From IMG/VR virus record IMGVR_UViG_3300037400_003220, positions 1-64,000 of that record: DNA of 64,000 bases; one strand, given 5' to 3'. The DNA is from a virus (Duplodnaviria > Caudoviricetes). This document shows positions 9,560 to 18,419 of this stretch, piece after piece. Position numbers and translations under genes: made by a program. A model generated the notes under the pieces. The model had not been told where the DNA came from and made no database searches. It saw nothing but the letters and a program-made list of their open reading frames with translations. Within the stretch, counting starts at the first letter, position 1; the number at the start of each line of letters is the position of its first letter.

Positions 9560-12500
9560 TTAGTCTGGTAAAATATCGCTATTGGTGTCATCCTTGCTTA
9601 TTTTTTCCAACTCATTTAATTTAGACATCAACTCTTCATTTATCATAAGGCCTTTGTCTATTATTTGAGGGCGCTCGTAGTGTGGCTCCTTATTTGTTAG
9701 TACCTGCATTTCATATGCTTTAAATACATCTTCATTAGTGTGTTTATTTCCTCTTATAAGGCCTCTACTCATTTTCACCTCTTGTAGTGGAGCACCACCT
9801 CCACCCATATCACCTAAGTCCTCGGTGCCTTCATCTCCCCCAATGTCTCCTCCTTCATCATCTGGACCTCCAATGTCTCCAATATCATCTCCGAAGCCTC
9901 CGTCCATTGGTGGCATTCCTCCACCTCCGCCGCCCATTGGGCCGCCTCCCATTCCATCACCTTCAATTGCGTTGAAGTTGTACTTAGCGCCTGGTTCACC
10001 ATAGATTCTGTCAACCTGCTTGAATAAACCAGTATTCTTTATTATTTGAGATGTTAATTGTAACTCATTTGCGATTGCAGACTCTAATCTTATCTGATTC
10101 AATATATCAGCAATTTCAGCATCTGTTTTACCCAATATTTCTTTCTGTACATCATGCCATGACATCAATGGAATACCTCCGCCCTGTTCTGCTAGTGCTG
10201 TTGAAGCGAGTGACACTCTCTTCGTCATGTTATCCAACTCCATTAATTCTATTTGATTAGATGGGTTGTTTAGTGATAATGTGAAGTTAGTTAAATCATC
10301 AACAAACCCCAATAAATATAAATGGATAATGGCAATCTTGGTTAATTCCATTATGATTGTTTGTTGAATAGAATTAACGGTTCTACTAAATCGAACATCC
10401 ATTAATGATAAGTTTTGACCCTTACCTTGTGCTTCATTGAAGTTTAAGTAAGTTTTAGGAATTTTCAACATTGAAAGTATTTTCTTTTCGAAATATTCAA
10501 TGTCTTCCATACCATTTTGGAAATTGGCACCCTGTAGCGTCTCAATACTTGACGGATCTTGTCCTGGCCTTACTGGAATAAAGTAATCAGTAGAAACATC
10601 AAGATAGTTTTTACGCAAGTCAATTTGGCCAGTTTGTGGATCTACAATAGGAGCACGCTTAAAATTATTTGCAAATTCTTGCAAATATGCTGGTACATCA
10701 GCCTCATCAATGTTACCAACATTTACCTTAAAGATGCGTCTCTCTACGCTTCTTTCTAGTCTGTGTAGGAATATAGCGTCCTCTAACATTGAAAGCATCC
10801 TCCAGTGACGTCTTGCGCCATTAAGATAACTACAGTTGTGTGTAACTATACCATTTGCAAAGAAATTGGAATTATCATTATTTACTGTTATATCATATGT
10901 TTCCATTTCCCCACAATAATTTACAGATTGTACTTTCTCTAATTTAAAGCCATCTTTTTTGCGATTTGAAAAATCATATTTTTTCTCTTGTTTATTAATA
11001 CTTTCATAATAATAGAAATAAAACGTTTCACATCTACTAGTTATTTTAACTCGACCATTATAAGAACTTGAAGTTTTTCCTATTCTATTTCTTGATTTAA
11101 CATTTGATGTCTTATATCCTAACGACTGTATTAATGTTTTAAAATCTTTAATAAGTTCTTCATTTGCCAATTCAATCTGACAACGTAATATTCCGTATTT
11201 ATCAATATTATAAGATCCATCAGCACTCATTAAACCACTTATAAACGCCTTCTTTATTTCATCACTGCATGAATAAACCCAAGATGGTATTCTTTTTTTA
11301 GAAAAACCATCTATAAAGCCCATTCTGTAAAGAACTGTAGCAAGGCTTTTTGAAGATACAATAACTTGTGAGAATTCATTCTTTAAAGATTTATCATATG
11401 GTCTAACATATTTTGGTGTTTTACCAGTTATTTTCTTTAAATAATTAAAGAATTCATTATTCTCAGTATTATACTCTCCAACTGCAAATGAAACCAATTT
11501 TTTATTTGTAATCCATCCATCACCAAGCATAAATCCGAAAAATCTTGCAAAATCATTATCAATAAAATCTGGAATATATTTTGAATAATCATTCCACCAT
11601 TTCATTGTTTTTTGTAAATTACATTCTTCAGACGTTGGGTATTTTTTATCTATTTGAACTACATTATTATGTTTGTTACTGCTATTATCAATTACAAGAA
11701 GGTCACCAATTTTTATGTCTTTTAATTCTTTATATTCCAAAATTTCATTATTAAGGCACAAGAATTTATGATCAGAAGTTGCTTTTATTTCATTATGTCT
11801 TGTTGAAAGTGAATATACTGGTTTAACACCCTTATTTTGCTTCATAGTAACAATTGATGCCTCTTTCTCTTGTGTCTCAACATTAAATGTTAACACAGAG
11901 TCACCAATCTCTATGTGTTTTATTTCTTTATAACCATCTATTGTCTCGATTCTAGAATCAGATGTTATACACCCATATGGTAGGAAAATACTATCCTTAA
12001 TTAATCTGAAGTGTGCAACCTGCCAACTTTGGTAAGGCGTTTGCTCATTATGGCCTTCCCAGATAAATTTAACCTCATCTGGTTTTAGGTTATATAAGTT
12101 AGCAGAAGGAACTGGGCCTCCATATGCATTTTCAATTCCGTTTTCCAGACGCCTCATACTATAAACGTCTAATCTCCTCCAACCAATGATGCCTTCGTTT
12201 TGGTCTATATTTAAAAACATAAATTCGTTACCATATTTGCAAGTATCTCTTGTAATCATTGGCAACATCATCATAATATCAAGCCTATTCACAAATAAAT
12301 CCTCAAGAACCGCTTTAATTCTTTCAGATTTTGAATAGATGTTAAGCATTTTACCCTTCTTTAGAGTTGTCGCCTCTTCGGATAAAATATCCAAACCAGA
12401 GTGTATATCTGGCCACTGATCCATTAGGTCAACGTCTCTGTACATTACTCTAACTTGAGTAGAGCCAGCAAGCGCCGCCATAGAACTTTCGTAACCATTC

Positions 12501-12712
12501 TTTCTCCACTGGTATGAAAGCAATTTTTGTTGTTTTAATTGTAATAATTTTTGATCTCTAGCCTCTTTATTATCAAAAGCATATAACACCTCTGATTGTG
12601 GCATTTGTATATCATAAGATACTGGTTGTCTTCTCGCCTCAGAAGATCCAGCACCCATCGAAATCATAACATTTCTTAAACGTTGAAATACTGTTGGTTT
12701 TTCGTTTGCCAT
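9560..12712 (-). CDS. portal protein (T4 gp20-like) containing an intein
   Basis: YRDVDLMDQWPDIHSGLDILSEE, VAHFRL...PYG/SYLNGARRHWRMLSMLEDAIFLHRLERSVERRIFKVNVGN, EDIEYF; Gly/Asp-rich C-terminal tail. Confidence 0.92.
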   Translation of the reverse strand: MANEKPTVFQRLRNVMISMGAGSSEARRQPVSYDIQMPQSEVLYAFDNKEARDQKLLQLKQQKLLSYQWRKNGYESSMAALAGSTQVRVMYRDVDLMDQWPDIHSGLDILSEEATTLKKGKMLNIYSKSERIKAVLEDLFVNRLDIMMMLPMITRDTCKYGNEFMFLNIDQNEGIIGWRRLDVYSMRRLENGIENAYGGPVPSANLYNLKPDEVKFIWEGHNEQTPYQSWQVAHFRLIKDSIFLPYGCITSDSRIETIDGYKEIKHIEIGDSVLTFNVETQEKEASIVTMKQNKGVKPVYSLSTRHNEIKATSDHKFLCLNNEILEYKELKDIKIGDLLVIDNSSNKHNNVVQIDKKYPTSEECNLQKTMKWWNDYSKYIPDFIDNDFARFFGFMLGDGWITNKKLVSFAVGEYNTENNEFFNYLKKITGKTPKYVRPYDKSLKNEFSQVIVSSKSLATVLYRMGFIDGFSKKRIPSWVYSCSDEIKKAFISGLMSADGSYNIDKYGILRCQIELANEELIKDFKTLIQSLGYKTSNVKSRNRIGKTSSSYNGRVKITSRCETFYFYYYESINKQEKKYDFSNRKKDGFKLEKVQSVNYCGEMETYDITVNNDNSNFFANGIVTHNCSYLNGARRHWRMLSMLEDAIFLHRLERSVERRIFKVNVGNIDEADVPAYLQEFANNFKRAPIVDPQTGQIDLRKNYLDVSTDYFIPVRPGQDPSSIETLQGANFQNGMEDIEYFEKKILSMLKIPKTYLNFNEAQGKGQNLSLMDVRFSRTVNSIQQTIIMELTKIAIIHLYLLGFVDDLTNFTLSLNNPSNQIELMELDNMTKRVSLASTALAEQGGGIPLMSWHDVQKEILGKTDAEIADILNQIRLESAIANELQLTSQIIKNTGLFKQVDRIYGEPGAKYNFNAIEGDGMGGGPMGGGGGGMPPMDGGFGDDIGDIGGPDDEGGDIGGDEGTEDLGDMGGGGAPLQEVKMSRGLIRGNKHTNEDVFKAYEMQVLTNKEPHYERPQIIDKGLMINEELMSKLNELEKISKDDTNSDILPD
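10835..11971 (-). mobile_element. intein with LAGLIDADG endonuclease (379 aa) in the portal
   Basis: PYG|CITSDSRIET...NFFANGIVTHN|CSYL; internal FFGFMLGDGW and FISGLMSADGS motifs. Confidence 0.93.
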
Positions 12713-12785
12713 ATTAAATCATTATATATTATATATTATAAATACCTTTTAACTACTAAAAACTAACAAAATAAGGGATAAAGTA

Positions 12786-12820
12786 AATAAAAAACGGAGA
12801 GATATTTCTACCTCTCCGTA
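12786..12820 (-). terminator. intrinsic terminator
   Basis: CGGAGAG...CTCTCCG stem with an A tract on the + strand, downstream of 12839. Confidence 0.65.
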
Positions 12821-12838
12821 ATAAAAAGTCAAAATAAA

Positions 12839-13417
12839 TTAACTAATGTGTTTTTTAATTGACTCTCTAATAATTCTGTCTAATCTAGACTCTGCAACCA
12901 TTTGTTGTGGATTTTGTTGTCTACGCATCTTATTATGTGCTTGTTGTGCACCAGCCATGCGAGAGCTGAATTTAGCCTTATTCATATCACCTTGAGTAAA
13001 GAAGTCTTGGTTTTGATTATCCTGTTGCATTCCATAACCCTGGTAACGTGTATTAGAACCTCTATTTTGTGCATTTGCATTAGCCTTTTGCATGTATTGA
13101 TCAGATTTCTGTACATACTGATTATACTTTGCACGAAGATTGTTAATTTTTTGTTGCTCTTTAGCGATAACCTCCTGAGATTTTTGAATTTGTGCTTCAA
13201 TGTCTTTTTGTGCATTTTGTGCTGCTCCAGCATTGTAATCTGCAGCCAATTTATTTGCTCTTTGTGCTATACCTTGGCCAGTACTTTGTGCCGCATTTTT
13301 AACACCACCCCAAAGGTTTCCGAAAAAACCTTCATCCATACCCTCTTAGTCCATTACTTCGCTAAGACTTTCACGGATAAGTTGTTTTAATTGTGCTTCA
13401 GTTATTTTCATTTTCAT
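12839..13417 (-). pseudogene. tagged Gln/Asn-rich coiled-coil gene interrupted by an in-frame TAA (13346-13348)
   Basis: From ATG 13417: MKMKITEAQLKQLIRESLSEVMD*EGMDEGFFG..., in frame with the 166-aa ORF 12839..13339, which ends VAESRLDRIIRESIKKHIS. Confidence 0.65.
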
Positions 13418-13486
13418 AATTCGAATTATTTTTTATTATTATTTACTTATTTACATATAAATACTTTTATTGTACTCAAAAGTTCA

Positions 13487-14614
13487 TTAAATTGCTACTA
13501 TTTTTAATGGTTTTGCCGCAAGCACCTTACTCATATTATCTGTTAGTTCGGCGCTCTTCTTCATTATTTCCCATGGTGACATTCTCTCAAGACGCTTTGT
13601 TAATTCATCCATTACATCCTGGTATTCTTTTTCTGCCTGGTTAATTAACATTGTATAGTCCATTTGGGCCTCCGCATCCATAATACCAATCTTGCCACTA
13701 AACTTACCTCGAACCATTGCCAACGTATTTTTTGCTTTAGATATGAATATCTTACGAACAATCGTTTTTGTTGGCTCATTTAATAAATCATATTGTATTT
13801 TATTAAGTGGAATTTGGTCTGGAGTCAGAACGACATTACTATTTTGCCTTCTACACTCATCCGCATCACTTTCAGTTGTGTCATAATAAGTGTACCATAC
13901 TTCGCATCCAACAAGGCTTAAGCCACCGTTGGGTGTAAATGTTTGGCCAAATGTTAATTTAGAACCTGGGGTTGAATAAAGATGTACTATATGTGTTCCT
14001 TCTGGGCCAGCAGTAACTTTAAATGTTAAGTCACCCCTAAGCAATCTAGATTTATACTGTAAATCAGTTGCCATAAATGCAATATCCATTGACTGTGCAA
14101 TATAGAATCCGCCGATAGGACCGTATGATCCACCACCAGCCTGACCGTAACCGCCAGCGAAGCCCAACACATCCAAACCTCCATAATTAGCATATAATGC
14201 TGCCTGCGAGGTTCCTGGATTACACCACATTACATTATTAATTTCTCTACCTGCTGGAATTAGATAGTTTTGCTTGCCTGCTTCAATTTTAAAGAAGTCT
14301 TTCTTTAATTCCCAAGGTCCACGTTGTTGTAAGCCAGCGTCTCTTGAAAACCAATAACTAAAGTCTCTGGACATATCAAGTGTTCTAATAGAAAGAGCAT
14401 AAGCAAGGTCAATATTAGTTAAGTCCTTGCCATATAAAGTAGCCCAATTGTTCTCTATCGCCCAGTTTTGTACCCTCTCCGCATAATCCTCTACGGACAT
14501 GTCCAAAAGATCACATAGTTGAGTATCAAGTAATTCAACCTCCATAAGTGGTGCGCCTAAAGCAGAACGACACTTTCTAAACAAGTCTTGTACTTCTTCT
14601 GTTATTTTCGTCAT
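13487..14614 (-). CDS. neck/head-completion protein (T4 gp13-like)
   Basis: RSALGAPLMEVEL...LLDMSVEDY, ARMVRGKFSG-like LAMVRGKFSGKI, MDYTMLINQAEKE pattern; located near the portal. Confidence 0.75.
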   Translation of the reverse strand: MTKITEEVQDLFRKCRSALGAPLMEVELLDTQLCDLLDMSVEDYAERVQNWAIENNWATLYGKDLTNIDLAYALSIRTLDMSRDFSYWFSRDAGLQQRGPWELKKDFFKIEAGKQNYLIPAGREINNVMWCNPGTSQAALYANYGGLDVLGFAGGYGQAGGGSYGPIGGFYIAQSMDIAFMATDLQYKSRLLRGDLTFKVTAGPEGTHIVHLYSTPGSKLTFGQTFTPNGGLSLVGCEVWYTYYDTTESDADECRRQNSNVVLTPDQIPLNKIQYDLLNEPTKTIVRKIFISKAKNTLAMVRGKFSGKIGIMDAEAQMDYTMLINQAEKEYQDVMDELTKRLERMSPWEIMKKSAELTDNMSKVLAAKPLKIVAI

Positions 14615-14626
14615 AATATTATATAA

Positions 14627-16642
14627 TTAATGATTTTTTATATATTCTACAAATTCATCCCAAGTGTGAATTTCGCCATCCTCATTACTTTCAAAACCAG
14701 TTCCACCTTCTCCAATATAAACGTTATATATTCTACCGTTGTATTCAACTTGGCACATATCATCTTCTTCGTTTATACTAGTTATTGAATCAAAATCAAA
14801 TGGTAAAACTTCCTTATCTGTATGTATGTCAACGTAATTATATTTTCCGTTATTTTTTCTAACTAGAGAGTATCCAGTTAAATTACCATTTACATCGTGT
14901 CCTGTAACTGGTTGTTTTGCATCTTTATATCTACCACTATAAACATATCTATAAATAGCATCAGTGTTTCTATTTATTAACTCAAGAGTCTTTTCATTAA
15001 ATTTTTTCTTGAATGTTCTTCCAGCATCATATGACACAGAATATGGTATAACACATCCAAAATCAAAAGGTAATGCGGCTATAAAATCCCCTCCCCAATT
15101 GTAAATAATTCCTCGTATATTTCTAATGTTATTTGCCGCACAGTATTCCTGCACTTTTTGTGGTCTATGACCAACGGCTTCATACATTCTATAGGCAATG
15201 TCTCTAGGAAGATATTTTAGCAATTGCTCCATAACACTAATTTCTCGTCCGTAAACCAATCTCTGACCTTCACTTTCAAAACATATAAACCCATCAAATC
15301 CACCAATTAATATGCATTTTATTATCACGTCACCATACCAAGTACCCAAAATTTCTTTTGAATATTTTGGGGATATTGAAGAATATGCTCCTTCTCCATA
15401 TACATTGCCATGTTTTCTATTAAAATCACGATGTATCCCAGTCTTAAAAATACTTTCTAAATCTTCCTTATGTGCTACATGATATATGCATGGCAGATTT
15501 CCATTATCTAAATCCTTTTCTGTTGGTATGTCATATTTACCGTAGGATACTTCGTCTAAACTTTCATTTATCTTACCAATCAAATCACCCCAATCATGAT
15601 ACTCACCATCGGATGGGTCTAAAAATCCATTACTTTCTTTTCCATCATAAAAAGCATCATATAGTTTTCCATTATATTCTACCTGGAAATCGCCATCTCT
15701 ATTTATCGCGGTAACAGAATCAAAATCTAATGGCAATAAACACTCACCAGTTTTAGGATCTATGTAATTATACTTCCCATTTTTCTTAATTACAATAGAG
15801 ACCGATTCAACCCCATTACTTGTATTAACCTCGATTGGTCTATACACCTTTTTGAATTGAGAATCAAACCTTTGATTTACGTCAATTTTTGTATTCATTC
15901 TGTGCATGAATTCATCGTAATTAAACCTTCTCACCCAAGTTTTTCCATAATCGGTTGTTGTTTTATAAGGTATTACCGCACTAAAATCGTAAACTACCGC
16001 ACATAGACCATCGTTTCCGCCCGTATATATTGAACCTCTTATGTTGTGCTTTTTAAATATTACGTCGTATTCTCTCCTGTTTATGCGCCCCATATTTCTA
16101 TGAAACATATCTTGCAATAACTGGCATGTTCTTCCTTCGTAATGGTTATTTGCTGCAGAGTCTCTTTGCATTATGTATTCCATGTCTGCCCAAACTCTTT
16201 TAGCGTCTTCACCAAACAAACTAAATACCTGGTCCTTTATTCTATAACGAGAACCATATTTTTTCTTTGCAATTTCACCATTAAATATTAGGAATCTATC
16301 AAATCCACCAATCACCTTATTGCTAACAATTACACTACCATATTTTAATCCCTCTTCTCTCGATGGATCTGGTGTTTTACAGCCTATTATTGCTTGTCTT
16401 AACGACATATTGCAATATACACCATCTCCATACCATGAGCCGTCATTTGATGCACAAAATTGTCTATTGTATCCATTTCTAAATATGCCCTCTATCTGAG
16501 AAGCATGAGCACAGCGATATAACGTTATCATACCACCACCGTCAATATCTTTCTCTGAAGGAATATCATAATCCTTATCGTAACTTCCTTCGAATATAGA
16601 CTCTAAAAGTTTTTTTACGTATATTTTAGATTTTAGTAACAT
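14627..16642 (-). CDS. tandem PARP-like ADP-ribosyltransferase-fold domains, each followed by WG-like repeats
   Basis: TLYRCAH...GSWYGDGVYC and CIYHVAH...GNVYGEGAYS; duplicated KNGKYNYID...LPxDFDSxT; linker KINESLDEVS. Confidence 0.65.
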   Translation of the reverse strand: MLLKSKIYVKKLLESIFEGSYDKDYDIPSEKDIDGGGMITLYRCAHASQIEGIFRNGYNRQFCASNDGSWYGDGVYCNMSLRQAIIGCKTPDPSREEGLKYGSVIVSNKVIGGFDRFLIFNGEIAKKKYGSRYRIKDQVFSLFGEDAKRVWADMEYIMQRDSAANNHYEGRTCQLLQDMFHRNMGRINRREYDVIFKKHNIRGSIYTGGNDGLCAVVYDFSAVIPYKTTTDYGKTWVRRFNYDEFMHRMNTKIDVNQRFDSQFKKVYRPIEVNTSNGVESVSIVIKKNGKYNYIDPKTGECLLPLDFDSVTAINRDGDFQVEYNGKLYDAFYDGKESNGFLDPSDGEYHDWGDLIGKINESLDEVSYGKYDIPTEKDLDNGNLPCIYHVAHKEDLESIFKTGIHRDFNRKHGNVYGEGAYSSISPKYSKEILGTWYGDVIIKCILIGGFDGFICFESEGQRLVYGREISVMEQLLKYLPRDIAYRMYEAVGHRPQKVQEYCAANNIRNIRGIIYNWGGDFIAALPFDFGCVIPYSVSYDAGRTFKKKFNEKTLELINRNTDAIYRYVYSGRYKDAKQPVTGHDVNGNLTGYSLVRKNNGKYNYVDIHTDKEVLPFDFDSITSINEEDDMCQVEYNGRIYNVYIGEGGTGFESNEDGEIHTWDEFVEYIKNH

Positions 16643-18234
16643 TAAATTAATAAATTACGTTTACTGTTATCCATTCTTATCAAGTAAGAAAAAAACGATT
16701 CTGTGACCTGTTCCCTATTGCTCATAACTCTAACACCATTCCTCTTTAATATATCAACAAATGATTCAAAACTATTTTCTTGTATAGCCTCACTAACCAT
16801 TCTGTACTTAGTGTTTTGTTGTTGATTATCTTTATTAATACCAGACAATCTGCTTTCATTAGGTAATAATTCGGTAAACAATGCCCATGATAATCTCGCC
16901 GTCTCATCTGTAAACACTTTACTGTTAAGACGTCTTATATAATCGGTCGTTACATTGCTTTGTAATCCAAGATAAGAACATATTGCAACTGAAACAGCCA
17001 ATGCTATATCGGTTCTTGCCTCGGTAGTAACCTGGTTTAGTTTTTCGGCATTATTGAATGAGTAGTTAAAAATAGCCCTAGCAATTACATCCTCAGTACT
17101 TTCAGTTGCCGTATTTGGCATTTTTATTCCCTCTTTAGAAAGTTTCTTTAATAACCAATCTTTATACACCTCTAAAATTTCAGATTTAAAACCTATCTTA
17201 GCATCAACTCCAGCATTGTCAGAAGTGGCTACGTCAGTGTTATCTTCAGCACCTTGCACTTCACCATTATTTACGTTATCCTTAATACCTATTTTTTCAA
17301 AGAACACATCCTTTTTACCAGGTATTAACTCGGTATCGCTAATATCATATACTTTCTCGTAGTAGAAGTTACTAACACCGTATTTTTTTGTAATTCCCTT
17401 ATTTATACCATGGTCGAATTGTTGCATATTTTCACCTTTTTCTTTAAATTTCTCGTATGCTTCTTTGTATGTCATACCATAGTATTCCTGGGCAATACTA
17501 TCCCTTTGTTCTTTCGTTGCATATATGTAACTTGGCTTGGATACTAAGATGTATTGAGCACCCTGGCGAACAGTTCTATTGAAACACTCAAACCAAGTAT
17601 AAGTGTTTGTTACGAATGTTGCGTCTGGTCTTTGCATTAAAACGTAATTAATGTTTCGATCGCTTAACTCAACACCCTTCATCTCGCCATTTACATTTTT
17701 AGTGTAATAGAATGATTTTTTGATAAGTCTTTTTCTAACTTCTGGATCGTTTATCTTATTCAACATATTTTTCCAGTTCTGAGTCATTACCTCTCTGGTG
17801 TCATTTAACTCTTTACTGGTTGGCATTGACTCAAGGCTTCGATATAATTTATTCTCAAGATATCTCAAATACTCTTCAGTATAGCCGCCTTCTGGATTCT
17901 TTTTTGTTTTAGGCCAACTCTTGCTTTTACTTAATTCTTCTATAATCTTAGGTATAACAGCCTTGAAGTCATCAATTCTATCGGCATTAATTATAATATC
18001 AAGAACAAAATCGTCTCCGTCTTTCGGAGCTACTCCATTATGAGGCCTAACAGTACAAATTTTATTACCGTCAGACGTTTTTGTGTTATTAAAAATCCTA
18101 GTATCTCTAAAATTTATACCAGTAACTGATATAACAATCTCATTATCGTACCTTTGTTTGTCGAATTGTGAAGACAACGCATCTGGTTGTGTGCTCTGAG
18201 CCGTATTTGGTTTTTTTCTTTGTATAATTGCCAT
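16642..18234 (-). CDS. ArdC-like (anti-restriction, ssDNA-binding) domain protein
   Basis: LSDRNINYVLMQRPDATFVTNTYTWFECFNRTVRQGAQYILVSKP matches the ArdC-N pattern; DIALAVSVAICSYLGLQSNVTTDYI resembles the ArdC C-terminal end. Confidence 0.6.
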   Translation of the reverse strand: MAIIQRKKPNTAQSTQPDALSSQFDKQRYDNEIVISVTGINFRDTRIFNNTKTSDGNKICTVRPHNGVAPKDGDDFVLDIIINADRIDDFKAVIPKIIEELSKSKSWPKTKKNPEGGYTEEYLRYLENKLYRSLESMPTSKELNDTREVMTQNWKNMLNKINDPEVRKRLIKKSFYYTKNVNGEMKGVELSDRNINYVLMQRPDATFVTNTYTWFECFNRTVRQGAQYILVSKPSYIYATKEQRDSIAQEYYGMTYKEAYEKFKEKGENMQQFDHGINKGITKKYGVSNFYYEKVYDISDTELIPGKKDVFFEKIGIKDNVNNGEVQGAEDNTDVATSDNAGVDAKIGFKSEILEVYKDWLLKKLSKEGIKMPNTATESTEDVIARAIFNYSFNNAEKLNQVTTEARTDIALAVSVAICSYLGLQSNVTTDYIRRLNSKVFTDETARLSWALFTELLPNESRLSGINKDNQQQNTKYRMVSEAIQENSFESFVDILKRNGVRVMSNREQVTESFFSYLIRMDNSKRNLLI

Positions 18235-18419
18235 AATTAACTACATATTTTCTTATATAATAAATACTTTTTTAATAAGAAAAAGGAACAGAAACGGTTA
18301 AAAATAACCATATTATAAATGTATTTATTGAAAAAACAACTTTTTACATTATTTTTTATAAGTTGAGATATATTTATTACTTCACACAAAAATAAACGAA
18401 GAATAAAATTAAATGATTT

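Noticed and set aside
9738-10014. Pro-rich and other short ORFs over the portal tail, and similar shadows over the scaffold and core genes (e.g. 26827..27189, 39381..40007)
   Set aside because: They are reverse-frame products of low-complexity Gly/Asp/Glu codons, with no independent signals.
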